This document shows, in pieces, positions 1-12,575 of a DNA stretch of 64,000 nt. The first letter of the stretch is position 1, and every line of letters begins with the position of its first letter. The translations under genes and the position numbers were made by a program. This stretch comes from the human T2T-CHM13v2.0 reference genome, Homo sapiens. Location of the stretch: assembly GCF_009914755.1 (NCBI RefSeq), contig NC_060929.1, one strand, 5' to 3'. Under the pieces are notes generated by a model. That model was given only the letters and a program-made list of their open reading frames with translations, was not told the origin of the DNA and made no database searches.

Positions 1-1917
1 TGTGTGTGTTTGTGTGTGTGTACATGCGAACACAAGTGCCTGTACATCTACTTGTGTGTATAAGCCAATAGCAAATAGCTACACAAAACACGCAATGCTA
101 GAAACAGCATTACTATACAAGAGAACACCCTTAAGTTTCAGCATCCAGCCTGCAGGATTTGAATGCAAGCACTGAATTAAGAGGTTGCTTTAGGGATCAG
201 GATGGTCATGACTCCCTAGTAATCACTTACCTTTGCCACTACCAGCCTCTGCATGCAAAGATATCTAACGCAGGTCCGCAGAGAATAATCTGAAAGCTAG
301 GAGGCCACAGGGACCTTCGGGATGCAAACATTAAGACATAAAAACAAACTCAGCCAATGCGAAAAGAAAAATTAAATTACCTTTAAAAGTGTTACGAAGC
401 CAGCTAGGAACACTAAGGAAATTTATACGAGCCTTTGCTAACTGTCTTTGCTGCTAGAATCTTAATTCCAGAAGGCACTGATGTGCAGTCCCTTCAGATT
501 CTCGAACACACACAGGGATGAGGGTTCCACACAGGGTCAACATGCAGTTCCCACGTGAGGTGGGCCAAAACTTCAGGGAAGACAACCGTTAACAAAATAA
601 GAGAAATGACAGCTTAAATGTGAATTTGGAGAACACCTTTTAAATTGTTTGCACAGATGTGACATTATTTACATGACAATTCCATGCTCCTCAGCACAGA
701 GAAAATAAAACGAGTTAGACGACGTTAAAGCAACCATTAATTCTATTAATGAGTTAAGGATTGTTTCTAGAACTTTTCCGTTGCTTCATCATCTTGATAT
801 AATTAAAAATATTTGTTATATCTGCAATGTTGTTTCAGCACCTACTGGGAAAAGCAAGTCAGAAAGAAAAAAAGTTTGCTAGTTTTCCTGGAAAAAGAAT
901 GTTTACTCTTGTCAAAAATGTTGAAGGCCTTTGGGTTCATTTATTTAGGCTGATCCCATTAGTCAAAATGTTGAAAAATGTTTTAGGACTAAATATTTTT
1001 CCACTCCATGAAGAGCGTTGACTACAATACTTATTTCAGAAAGCAACAAAGAAATAGGCATGTATCAACCAAAAAAAAATCACTTAGCTTCTTTAACTTG
1101 ATGTTGCTACCGTTTCCTCAAACTCAGCTGAATCAGCTCCGTTTAAGTGGCAATGCTTTGGAAGCAAAAAATGATAGGTGACAGTGTGGCAAGCTCCATT
1201 TCGAAAACACAGGAGGAATTCTCTTCCCTTCTCACTCACATTTCATCACTTACTTGCAATTTCTGTAAAGTACTCTCCAAACTGGGAAAGATGAGGAGGC
1301 CGTGGGAAAGATTCTCATTCAAGAAATTCGAGACTCACCCTTTACCCTGTAAAATATTCCGTGTTGTTGATCTGTAAATAGAATTACAGCTCCACCACCA
1401 CCAAGCCGTGATGCAAAAGTGCCTGGGTGAACTAAAATTAAATGCCAATGAAAAATGCCTCTCTGCACATCAGCATCTATCTGCTTGGGCCTTTTTTGGC
1501 TTCCTCATTTGTCTTTATTTTCATTTAGAGCCACGTGGTGTACTGCCTTTCGCTCAAGGCACTCTCCCTCACAGTCGTGGGTGACTGCGTGTTGTCCTTG
1601 CCACCCACAGAGCTACATGGGGGAAAGAAATTACTTATTGATTTTCCTTTCTATGGAATGGTGTCTTTGGCTGGTTTCTTGAGACAGGGCAGTAATGCAC
1701 AGAGCCCCAGCAGTGGGGATGCAGGCAGTGTGCCACACTGGGCTACACCACCAGGGTCACCCTCTCTCACCAGGGTCACCTGCACTTAGCTCTTTCAACA
1801 AAATAAACAGCATACACTTCAAAAGTTGAAAGAATGAACAAAACAATGGTATGTTCCCATCTGAGTAGTGGAAACAGCATGATTTGAATTTTCTTTTACT
1901 CTTGTATTCTAAAAAAG

Positions 1918-2592
1918 GTTTGGTTGGGATGGCATACTATCTGGTTGGTTAAGGAAGTATATTTGACATTTTCAGGTTGGTCCTAAATTTAAAGTCAGAA
2001 AAAAAAATTAGGAATGCTGTGAGTTGTGAATCAAGTCTTCATAATTTTGGGCCGATTACCAGAGATGCCATTTTTGGATTCCTGAATTGTTACTAGAGAT
2101 AGTGGTCTGGGCTGAGAGCAGTGGTTCATGCCTGTAATCCTAGCATTTTGGGAGGCTGAGGTAGGAGGATCGCTTGAGGCCAAGAGTTCAAGACCAGCTG
2201 GAGCAACATAGAGAGAGACCCCATCTCTAGAAAAAACATTTAAAAATTAGCTGGGTGTGTTGGTGCATACCTATAGTCTCAGAAGGCTGGTGTAGGAGGA
2301 TTGCCAGGAGTTCTAGGCTGCAGTGAGCTCTGATTGCACCACTGCTCTCTCTAGCCTGGACAGCAGAGTGAGACCCCATCTCTAAAAAAAAATAATAATA
2401 ATAGTAAAGGACAGAGATAGTGGTCTGACTTCCTACAAGTCTGACTTCTAGAGAGCAGGCTGGCTTTCTGAGCTGATTACTGCAGATAACAAGTTGGTTT
2501 TCTGGACTGGTTGCTGCAGGCTGCGGGGCAGTTCTATTTTTACGCATAGTCTGACCATTGCCCGTTTGTATGTTTATATATCCAGTGTCTCA
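1918..2592 (-). mobile_element. ERV1 solo LTR (MER67-like), interrupted by an Alu
   Basis: Minus strand starts TGAGACACTGGATATA...CAATGGTCAGACTATGCGTAAAAATAGAACTG; similar to the element at 30518-31833; family name from recall. Confidence 0.6.
2110..2412 (+). mobile_element. AluJ-like SINE
   Basis: Dimeric Alu with A-rich tail; 15-bp TSD agagatagtggtctg at 2095-2109 and 2413-2427. Confidence 0.95.
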
Positions 2593-2676
2593 CTCTTTCC
2601 TCAAAGAAGGTGGATCTGGCATTTTGCTGCTGAAGTCCGAAGGAGAATGCAGCATACTGTCCAGCCTAAAACACAC

Positions 2677-2695
2677 ACCCCACTAGGGGGCAACT
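2677..2695 (+). promoter_or_regulatory. CTCF core motif candidate
   Basis: CCACTAGGGGGCA (2680-2692) matches CCASYAGRKGGCR; binding not shown. Confidence 0.5.
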
Positions 2696-3770
2696 GGCTT
2701 TAGCACCCAGAGCTTCTCCAGTGGTTTGTGACACCCCATTCTGGGAGCCGTTTCTGAGAGCCACACACAGCATGAGTGTGAGTGCCGTTCTGTTCAGCTG
2801 TCAGAGATGCTGATTCCTGTGGATGCCACTGAAAATCTCAGCATAAATGGACTGCTTTCCCCACTCCCCATAGAGGAGCTCTGTATTCGCAGACTTTAAC
2901 CCTGCACCAAGAACTCTGCACTGGTCGCAAAGTCTTCCAGTTCTCCAAGGCTTATATGCAAAGACCCACCCCACCCCCATAGTACCTTCTCCCATGACGA
3001 TCATGGTACCAGGCCCAACACCAAGGCCACAGGGGCAGGGTCTAGAGGTGTCCCCTTCTGATGTACAGTCACCATCGGGCTGCTAGGCTTCCTGCAGCCA
3101 GCAAGTGCTCACTGGTGTCCAGCTTGGCCTCAACATCTTCCATGAGTTTCACTTATTGCTACCAACTCACTGTTTGAGGCTGCACAACAGGAGACCCAGC
3201 TCTGGTGCCAATCAGCCCCCTTATTCCTGTTTAAAGCCTCTTGGGGGAACAACCCCAGGGTCAAAGATTTAAGAAGGAATAAGAAAAGTGATGTTGGCTT
3301 CTTCCCATAAATGTACCAAGAGAACTCAGTGGTGTTTCCTGATGCCCAGAAGCTGGGTCAGAGCATGTGGCCTCCATCCACTGCAGACTTGGAGGTCCTG
3401 GGCAGATGTTCAAGAGCCTGTTTCCAAAGAGAATGGTCCTAATGAGTGACTGACCCACTGAACTTCAGAGTATTCCACCTCAGACCAAGGTGGTCCAGGT
3501 AGTGGCCCAGGTAGACCTGCCTCTATAGGGATGGAAGCTGTATATCTGTGGGAGACTAAGTCAGACATCAGCTTGCACCCATTTAGCCTCAGAGGCCACT
3601 GTGGGTGCTTCCTGCCTTTGCTCCCCTTTGACCTCTGTCCCAGTGTTCCTGATAAGATTTCACAAGCCCAGCAGCTGAGTCTTGTTCTTCTTATCATCTG
3701 ACAAACCCTCTTCTTGCCCCTAAGGCTCAGAGCACACTGAAGGCTGGGAGGGTCGGTTGGTGATACTTAC

Positions 3771-3909
3771 TTTGATTTTTTAGTTTAAGTTCTGGGCTAC
3801 ATGGGCAGAATGTGCAGGTTTGTTACATAGGTATACATATGCCATGGTGGTTTGCTGCACCTATCAGCTTGTCATCTAGGTTTTAAGACCTGCATGCATT
3901 AGGTATTTG
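3771..3909 (-). mobile_element. L1PA8-like 3' end fragment
   Basis: T-rich tail then ttaagttctggg...gcaggtttgttacataggt...catgcattagg. Confidence 0.85.
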
Positions 3910-4703
3910 GATAATGAATTTTTTTAATGATGATAACAAAAGCCAGTTTAAATCTCTTTTTCAAAACCATAATTTAATTTTATTCAAAATGGTTTGCTGT
4001 ATATAAGAAATATAATAAACCTTGAAGAAAACAATTTTGAAAAGTCATCTTTCTTACTACTCTAAGCTTCTATATTAAGCTCTAGCTACCCTTTAGAGCT
4101 TGCTGGAGAAGTAAACAAGCATCCAATGCAAATTGGGTTATACTTAGTTCTAGTTAAAGAAGAAAAATAGCTAAAGGGGACATTGAGTCATGAGTTCTTC
4201 TAAAAACAAAGAGGTAAACACAGAAAACTTGTAATTAGGAAATATCTAGGGACTTTATATGCATACAGGCAAAATGCGATACTGATTAGATTAATTTTTT
4301 TCTACTGAGTTTTGCTATGTAGCAAAATTCAACCTGTTGAAGTGGATGAGCAGCTATGCCCTGAGCAACCACATTTACACCAGCCCTGGCCAGCCTGAGG
4401 CACCAACAGACTGAAATGCAGATCTGCTATGAGTTCTCATTGGGCTTTTGCTATAAAATATTCATGGTGAATTACAAAGGATCATTTGAATCACAATCTC
4501 TAGAAACATGTTGGAAAGGAGAAAGGCATCAAATTGCATCTTAGGCTTTTATCTTTTTTTACATGCCACTCTAAAGTAATTACAGATTATTCAGGCCAAT
4601 GTTAAACTCAAATTTTTAAAAATCAACATTTATAATAAAATGACCTGCTGATTTCTTACCCTGCTCACCATATGGTGATTTATATGGTGCAATGAGGGCC
4701 CAC

Positions 4704-4738
4704 TACTGCCTCCTGGTGGTAATGTATCTTAATTGCAG
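4704..4738 (-). promoter_or_regulatory. CTCF core plus upstream-motif candidate
   Basis: Minus strand CTGCAATT...TTACCACCAGGAGGCAGTA: core with one mismatch and TGCAAT 18 nt upstream of the core CC. Confidence 0.45.
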
Positions 4739-5399
4739 GAACCATTTTACAAAAAATAGTTATGCTTTGAAAGATGAAACATGAAGTTACAAATACTGTG
4801 ACCTAAAAAATACAGACTTGACATCTGTGGTAGGAGAGATATGCCCAACCATCCATTCTTACCATTTGAGGGAACCTATTGTGAGCTGAGTGTTGAATTA
4901 GGGAACAAAATTTCTACCTTGAAAATTCAGTTTCATCAATAGAAAAATTCAGATTACTCAAGCCAAATGATCAAATGTCACTAGAAAAGGAAACACATAG
5001 TATAATCAGGTGGTGTTAACTCAATATACATAATTTTTTAACCCAGAAACACAATAACATTTTTCAGACAGCTTGACATAAATGTGGACGGGACACCTAC
5101 TTGATTTCTCTAAAATTGGTTTAAGGAACTGATTGACCCATCCTTCATTAATCACCCCTGAGTTTTTCTCCCTAACAATTTTGGTCATGCAAAATCTCCA
5201 GAAGTCTTTGTGCCAAGTGTCTAACCCAACTCTATTTTGTATACCTCAAAATCCAATTCAAATTCAACTTTCTTCATATGATTTTTCTTTCCCACTCAGA
5301 ATTAAAGTGATTTCTCCTTCTAGCAGTTAGATTGGCAAAAATAAAAACTATGATCCTGTCTACAATAGTTACCTCCACCCCTTTATGTTTATATAATAT

Positions 5400-5599
5400 T
5401 ACACCATTGACATCCTTTGCCCCACCTGTCATGGTACTTTGCTGAGCTATGTGTTTGTTTGCTTACTGTGTATTTCTGCCACTAGAATGGAAGTCTCATG
5501 ATGGCAGGAACCTTGCCTGCTCTGATACTTTAAGGAGCATACCAAGCTCCTGAAATACTGCCGTGCACGTAGATGCTCACTAAATATTTTCTGAATGAA
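5400..5599 (+). mobile_element. L2 3' end fragment
   Basis: ccactagaatggaagtctcatgatggcagg...gctcactaaatattttctgaatgaa, typical L2 terminus. Confidence 0.75.
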
Positions 5600-5874
5600 C
5601 TATCAGTCAGTGTTAGTGAAGGTATTATAGTCAAACTCTTAAACTTTCTGGTGAGAATGTAAAAATTATTCAGAGGACAGTTTGTTAATACACATCAAAT
5701 TTCATTATAAAATATAACAATTAAATATAAGAAATGTTTGTCAATAGAATAGAAATTATATCAATAGTAAGCTATACAGCCATCAGAAATGATGATATCC
5801 AACTATATTTACAGACACAAAAAAAGGTCCTTGACATATATTTAAAATTAAAAAGCAGAGTTTACAATAGCATG

Positions 5875-6427
5875 TGTGATGGTTAATTTTAATATGTTAA
5901 CTTGACTGGGCTACAAGGTGCCCAGATATTTGTTCAAACATAATTGTGGGTATTTCTGTAAGGATGTTTTTGGGTGTGATTAGCATTTAAATTGGTAGAT
6001 TGAGTAAAAGAGATTGCCCACCCTAATGTAGGTGGGTCTCAACCAGTCATCCAAGAACTTGAACAAAAAGACTGCCCCTACCCCAAATAAAGAAGATTCT
6101 TCCAGACTGACTGCCTTTGAACTGGGACATTGACTTTTTCCTGCCTTTGATCTTGAACTGAAACATTGGCTCTTCCTTGAGCTTGCCAGCCTTCAGACTA
6201 AAACTATACTGTCAGCCCTATTGACTTTCAGGCCTTCAGACTCGAGCTGGAACTAAACCATCAGCTCTCTTGAATCTCTAGCTTGCCAACTCACTCTGGA
6301 GTGAGTGAGATATTGAAACTTGCCAAACTCTATTATCATGTGAGCCTATTACTTATAATAAATATCTTTCTGTGCATACATATACCTCCTATTGGTTCCA
6401 TTTCTCTGGAGAACCCTGACTAGAACA
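5875..6427 (+). mobile_element. MLT2 (ERVL) solo LTR, MLT2C/D-like
   Basis: tgtgatggttaatttt...ctggagaaccctgactagaaca termini; flanked by degraded L1M-like sequence. Confidence 0.9.
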
Positions 6428-6813
6428 GTGTATAGTAGGATCTCATTGTGCTAAAATATTAGAACTATGTAGATCTAGTTTCTGTAGTGTGCCCAGTTTG
6501 TTCATGCCTCCCTGTATTCATGCCTTTCTATGGTTCCTTTCACAATGACTCTAGGCTTAGTCATGCAACTTCCTTTTCACCAGTGAGACAATAGCAAACA
6601 TGACTTAAGCAATGACTTGAAAAGTGCTTGTGTATTGGAGTTGCCTTTCTGCTGCTCTTGAAACCTGAGACAGCCTTGTGAACCAGACCAAGCAGCCTCG
6701 TGCAGCAAGAGAAGCCACTGAAGAAAGGATTTAGCTCTCCTACCCATGCTAGTCAAGACCCATCACCAGCTCACTGCCCACACAGGACCAAGCTCAGCTG
6801 AGGTTGAGGGGAG

Positions 6814-6970
6814 CTGCCCCCTCCCACTTCCCTCTCACATTCTGAACAGGCGACACCACCTCTGGGTGCATCTGACCCCTCATTCTCACTACTGAGCACC
6901 CATGGACTGAAACATGGTGGCACATTACTGCAAATCATGGGCAACTTAACACCACCATTCAACAGCTGCA
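6814..6970 (+). repeat. 157-bp dispersed direct duplication, derived copy
   Basis: Ungapped match to 10204-10360 with 7 mismatches by manual alignment. Confidence 0.97.
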
Positions 6971-7037
6971 GTCACCTGAGACTGGCCTGGACCAGAACTG
7001 ACCAGCTGAACCCAGCCCAAATTGCAACCTTAATAAT

Positions 7038-7796
7038 TGCAGACTATGCTGAATTTTTTTTTATCTTGCCCAAATTCCTATCTAAGGGGTTTGGGGAGTC
7101 ATACCCTACAAACTATAAATTCTCACCAGATGGGTTTTATTTAACCCTATATATCGTGACTTACTTTCCAAATCCAATATGGCATATAACACTATGTGAC
7201 AAAGAAGAAAGTCAACATATTTTATCCCAAAACATGTTTCTTTGCCATATTTTAAAATGGTCCTGCAAAGCTGTCCTTTCTGGGTAAAAATGTACATTTG
7301 TAAAGAATCTCTATTAACATAGCTAGATCTTTTTCTTCCAGGCCTCCCAATCCTCAGGAGATTAAGTAGGAGTCTAACACCTTTTACAGGAAACATTTGT
7401 CATCTATTGTCTCTAAGGGCAGCCACTGTAAGACTTCAAAAGAACCCAGGTCTCCACAATCTTTTATTTTAACCTGAAGGTTTTCTTTCTATTGATCCCA
7501 GGTCTTTAGACAAACTCAACCAATTGTCAGTAGGAAAATGTTTAAATTTACCTATAGCCTGGAAGCCCCTCCCACTTTGAGTTGTCCTGCCTTTCTGAAC
7601 CAATGTGTTTCTCAAATGTAATTTGATTGATGTCTCATGCCTCCCTAAAATGTATAAAACCAAGTTGCACCCCAACCACCTTGGGCACTTGTTCTCAGGA
7701 CCTCCTGAGGGCTGTGTCACAGGCCATGGTCACTCATATTTGGCTCAGAATAAATCTTTTCAAACATTTTACAGAGTTTGAGTCTTTTTGTTGACA
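7038..7796 (+). mobile_element. MER4-group (MER4E-like) ERV1 solo LTR
   Basis: TG...CA termini, AATAAA near the 3' end, tatcttgcccaaattcctatctaagggg; 4-bp TSD taat/gaat. Confidence 0.9.
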
Positions 7797-8699
7797 GAAT
7801 CATTTATTAAATGGTTAGCATTTCAAGCTACTAAGCTTTGAGATGGTTTGTAATGAAGCAAAGACTAACTGATATGTTACTATAGAACAACAACAACTAA
7901 AAAAAAAGCCTAGAAGGCTATATCCTAAATTGTTAATAGTGGTTACCTCTATGTAGAAATTACAGATGACTTCTGGTTCATTCTTTTTAGCATCTCTGCA
8001 TACTGTTTATAATAAGTGCATATTATGTCTGCAAGCATAAAAAACAATTAAAATCCATTTCATTTTGAAAAATAATTTTTAAATTGATCTCTCCCTTCTT
8101 AGATTTCCTGCAGTAATTACTGTTTGCATGACTAATTCACCAATTAACCATGAAGTGTTTTGATATCAAAAACTGATATTTAAGGCTTTCATTGTTATTT
8201 GACTATGGCAATGGAACATGCAGTGATACTTTTTAAAAATGCTGTGTATCATCCATAGTTATTAAGCCTATGACTGGCATACAGCATGGAGCCACCAATG
8301 ATATTATTTACTTTGATTTGAAATCACTGTTTTGTATTAACAAATAAGGCAGAGTAAAGAGTAGAATATCTGCAAGAAGAGGAGAGGTCCTGGCAATGGC
8401 AGTGTCCAAAATAAACCTGAGTTACCTGAAAACTCAACACCAAAGCATTTGGTGCCCACTTGCAACTGCCTATGCCCTGTGGTAAGAGTGGGGATTCCTG
8501 TGGCCATGCCACGATTCTCTGCTCAATGTCCAATTTCAAGCTTAATTCAGATTGATTTAAACATGCATATACATATCTACCAGAGAATTAAACAAACCAT
8601 GGAAATTTAGAATACAAATTAAAATTTCTTCTAGAGACCTAATCTGGAAAAAGAATAGTATTTGAAAACTAGTAAAGCAAACAATGTAGAAAAAATGGC

Positions 8700-9205
8700 T
8701 TAAGCAAAAAGGGTTCAGATGTGAAAGAAATCATCCTTAACTAACTTTCCAGAATTTAATTTTTAAAGAATATGGCCAAGAAGTCAAAATTTATTCACCT
8801 CCATCGAAGTTGATGAAGAAATGTAAGAAAGCAGGTGTTATGTAGCTTTATTTGATTTTTCAAAAAGACTCCATGTAAAGCTTTAAGAGAGAGAACAAAA
8901 TAGTAGATGACAAAAACTAAGCAAATACTAGATTAAGAAACTAAAGTGAGCCTCCCTTGCCTTCAACTTCGAGTTAGCAAGGAGAGTCACTGGCTCCTTC
9001 AAGGAGCACTGCCACGCATCATAAAGCTAAGTGGCTCTGACAAGGATCTGAACAACAGGGCTCTAAAATCTGCTGACAACACTAAAATGGGAGTTGCAAA
9101 GAAGAATGAGGAGCTGTGTGACCAGGTTTAAAGGAATCTCAATCATTTAGGTAATTGGGCCAGCAGATGGCAAATGCAGTGCATTCTGGAAGACTGTGAA
9201 ATAAT
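8700..9205 (+). mobile_element. Ancient CR1/L3-clade LINE reverse-transcriptase fossil
   Basis: Colinear degenerate CR1 RT motifs across frames: QKGF, KSSLTNFPEF (cf. KSCLTNLLEF), DFxK, KSADNTKMG (cf. KFADDTKLG), NLNHLGNWASRWQMQ (cf. DLxxLxxWAxxWQM). Confidence 0.75.
9157..9175 (+). promoter_or_regulatory. CTCF core motif candidate inside the CR1 fossil
   Basis: GGCCAGCAGATGGCA is a full match to CCASYAGRKGGCR. Confidence 0.5.
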
Positions 9206-10203
9206 TAGTCTGAAAGACAGAAGCTAATCTAGTAATAATGATCTTCCATTTATGTAGCATTATTTTTTACAAAGCACCTTTCACCAAGTGGTTCCCATAG
9301 TGCCTTCTGTAATGATCATGCATGGTATGTTAATGTGTTCACAGTGATAGAACAGGCACTCTTGGTGGAACAGTGTAATCTGCACGACTGTCGCCCAGAA
9401 GAGAAGGTGATGCCCGAAGGAGAGGTGGGAAACTCCCAAGGTGATTCGCCAAATAGAAATACCTTTTGGACACTAAGGTTAGAGAACTAAACCAGCAGGA
9501 TGTTTGCTTGAATTTGAATGATGACTCATGAAGGATCAGAATGCTATTTCCTTGGGGTGAGATTAAAAAATATGTGTGTACCAGGATTTAGAGGTTTATC
9601 TCTAAATAAAGGCTGAAAGAATTTAGCTTTATCTTTCTAAAATGATAAAAGCACCACACATCTTTTTTTAAAAAAACAACAACTACTTTCAGTTAGCCAA
9701 GTGAAACTTTTCAGTTTTGTAAATAATTCCCAAGGTTAAACAGGAAACATGCTGAGTAGTTCAAGGGAGAGTGGAGAGAACATTGTTTCACAGGCTGCAT
9801 TTGCTTCCCTCCCTCAGAAGCAAACCTCTTCTCTCCCCCTCTACTCCCCTTCTTCTAGAACTTAGTCAAAGCAGAGTTTGTAGGATCAATATGGCCAGGG
9901 GCTGCCATATTGATCAGAGCAGCTCTAGAGAGTGAATCAGGCTGTGGTGCCCTAGAAAGAAATATCAGAAGGTCTGTTTCCAATGTCCTGTGTGACCTGA
10001 AGCTCTTCCTTCTCTAAATCATTATTAGCCATAAACGTTCACTGCAGATGATCATTTCTTAATCAGAAAAATACTTCTTTACTGCACTTGGCTCTTTTCC
10101 ACTCATGCTAACAGATACCACATTTCCCCATGTCCCTTTCTCCCTGGCATAAAACACACCTTTCCTCTACCTGTGCGGAACAGCCCATGCTTCCTCCTCT
10201 GCC

Positions 10204-10360
10204 CTGCCCCCTCCCACTTCCCTCTCACATTCTGAACAGGCGACACCACCTCTGGGTGCATCCAACACCTCATTCGCACTACTGAGCACCCATGGACTGA
10301 AACGTGGTGGCACATTACTGCAAATCACAGGCAACTTAACACCACCATTCAACAGCTGCA
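10204..10360 (+). repeat. 157-bp dispersed direct duplication, probable donor copy
   Basis: Matches 6814-6970; lies in apparently unique flanking DNA. Confidence 0.97.
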
Positions 10361-11897
10361 AGCAAGCCATTCCAAGCAGAGGAATTCTCACAGTCACGGT
10401 GCTTCAATAACGCATTAGAGCTTTTTGAGTTTCTTGTCTGTCTTACAGTTGTTGTTATTTTTGTGTTAGCTAGCAAACAAAGCTACATAAACTGTTATGA
10501 AAAGTATGCCCTCTAAGACCTGCCTAATTTTATCTAATTCCAGGATCCTAAAAATTTTTCTGGGTGTGAATTTTGTTCCATTTTCTTCCAGGAAAGTCTA
10601 AGAGTGTGTTACCCAAATAGTGCTCCACCAGGAGAAATCCAAAGCTGGTAAGATGTGCCTGAGGATCTGGCAAAAATCAGCATCCATGGTCTTGGGGATT
10701 GCAAATATTCTGCTTGCAGCCTCTTCGTAGATTCTTTTACAGATGGCAATTTTATATTGCTTTACACTGTAACAAGAAGGAAATAAATGGGGCTCTTATA
10801 CTTCTCCTCTTCACTGATGCCAGGAGAACATAGCCTCTGGTTCCCACCAGCAGGACCTTCTCACTGTTCTTGGCACAAGAAGATGCCAGCAAGTAAAAGT
10901 TGCTAAGCATTGCTTTTAGATTGAAAATAAGATGCACATGGTAGGTTTCACTGCATGACTTAAGCAAAGTGCCAGGTTCTGTTTTCTTTTAAATATTCTC
11001 ACTAGAGGGATGGGAGAGGGGAGAAAAAGTGTCAGAATAATCTACAAATCAAAATGCTTTTTAATGGGGATGTGGACCACGGCTTTCCTTTGCTGGTTTC
11101 ATGAAACCTTTGCACACTCAGGAGAAGAATGCATGTTAGCTGGTATGAGCGCTGCTGGCAGTCTCCATGGAGTGGGGATGGAGGAGTGCAGATTCCTTTT
11201 AAAACATTATTGAAGGTTCTTCTCAGCCATCCACACCACACATTGATCTTCTGTCACAGCTCTATGTCTGGAGGGCTGGTACTCTCCATTGATCCACAGA
11301 GAGCATTTTTAGTGCATCAAAGAAATACAGAAGGTGGGACTCAGAGGGAAAATCAGGAACCACACTTTTAGTGCTGGACACAGCTCAGCAGTATAAAAGT
11401 CACATAAAATATTAAGCTGAACTTGAGATTTTTTTTTTTAATGTTGTGAAATCTGTTGACATATGAGACTCAATGGGACACAAAAAACGGAAAGGATTAA
11501 TACCTCTTTTAATGGAAAAATCTCCCCTGACGGAACAGAAGCAAGCCCTAGGACCTGATAAACTGAATCCCACATTCATCTTTCTGCAAAGGACCTTAGG
11601 TTGTAAATCACAAGTGTCTAGGCTGAAAAGTTCAATCAGTCAAGATGCGGTGGTAATGGGTCAAGGTCATGCATCAATCCAAAGACAGACTGGTTAGTTT
11701 TACTCCACAGTCAAAGGTTATGCCCCATCCGGATGATAAAATCTGTGCTCTTCTCAGGAGCAAGGAGGTGGCTGGCCTGATAGAGCCTGTCACAGCAAGG
11801 GACAAAACTACTATAAAGACAGAGCTTCCCACCCAAGCCAGCATGCCAGCCACCCATGGAAGTCCTACCTGTGCCACAAGGTCAGACTCAGGGTCCC

Positions 11898-12575
11898 TGT
11901 TTCAGTCAGCTTAGGCTGCCGTAACAGAATGCCACAGACTGAGTGGCTTAAACAACAGAAATGTATTTTCCCATAATTCTGGAGGCTGAAGGTCCCAGAT
12001 CAGGATGCCGGCGGGGTTGGGTTCTGGTAAATGCCCTCTTCCTGGCTTGCCTTTCCTCAGTGCAAATGCATGGAGAGAGGGAGAAAGAGATGACTCTTCC
12101 TCTTTTTTTTTTTTTTTTTTTTTTTTTGAGACAGAGGCTCACTTTGTCGCCAGGCTGGAATGCTGTGGCACGATCTCAGCTCATTGCAACCTCTGACTCC
12201 CTGGTTCAAGGGATTCTCCTGACTCAGCCTCCTGAGTAGCTGAGATTACAGGCACGTGCCACCGCAACCGGCTAATTTTTGTATTTTTGGTAGAGATGGA
12301 GTTTCATTATTTGGCCAGGATGGTCTCGATCTCCTGACCTCGTCGTGATCCACCCATCTCAGCCTCCCAAAGTGCTGGAATTACAAGCATGAGCCACCGT
12401 GCCCGGCCAACTCTTCCTCTTCTTATAAGGCTACCAATCCTAGTGGACTAGGTCCCACTCTTATGAATTTGTTTAACCTTAATTGCCTCCACAAAGTCCA
12501 GTCTCCAAATACAGTCACACTAGGGGTTAGGCCTTCGATATATGAATCTAGGAAAACACAGTTCAGTCCATCACA
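11898..12575 (-). mobile_element. MLT1A-like MaLR LTR, interrupted by an Alu
   Basis: ggctgccgtaacagaatgccacagactgagtggcttaaacaacagaa...ttcagtccatcaca. Confidence 0.9.
12104..12408 (-). mobile_element. AluS (AluSc-like)
   Basis: Poly-T then full Alu; TSD actcttcctct at 12093-12103 and 12410-12420. Confidence 0.96.

Larger units (their letters stand above)
6483..7875 (+). mobile_element. MLT1G/H-like MaLR LTR, split by a templated insert and a MER4-group LTR
   Basis: gacttgaaaagtgcttg...ccagctgaacccagcccaaattgc...ctaagctttgagatggtttgtaatgaagca. Confidence 0.75.

Noticed and set aside
4930-5125. Possible second CR1/L3 fragment (cttgatttctctaaa = LDFSK)
   Set aside because: Only one short motif; not supportable without an HMM search.
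6599-6612. 14-nt match catgacttaagcaa shared with about 10955-10968
   Set aside because: Short, not colinear with the 157-bp duplication, and plausible by chance in 64 kb.
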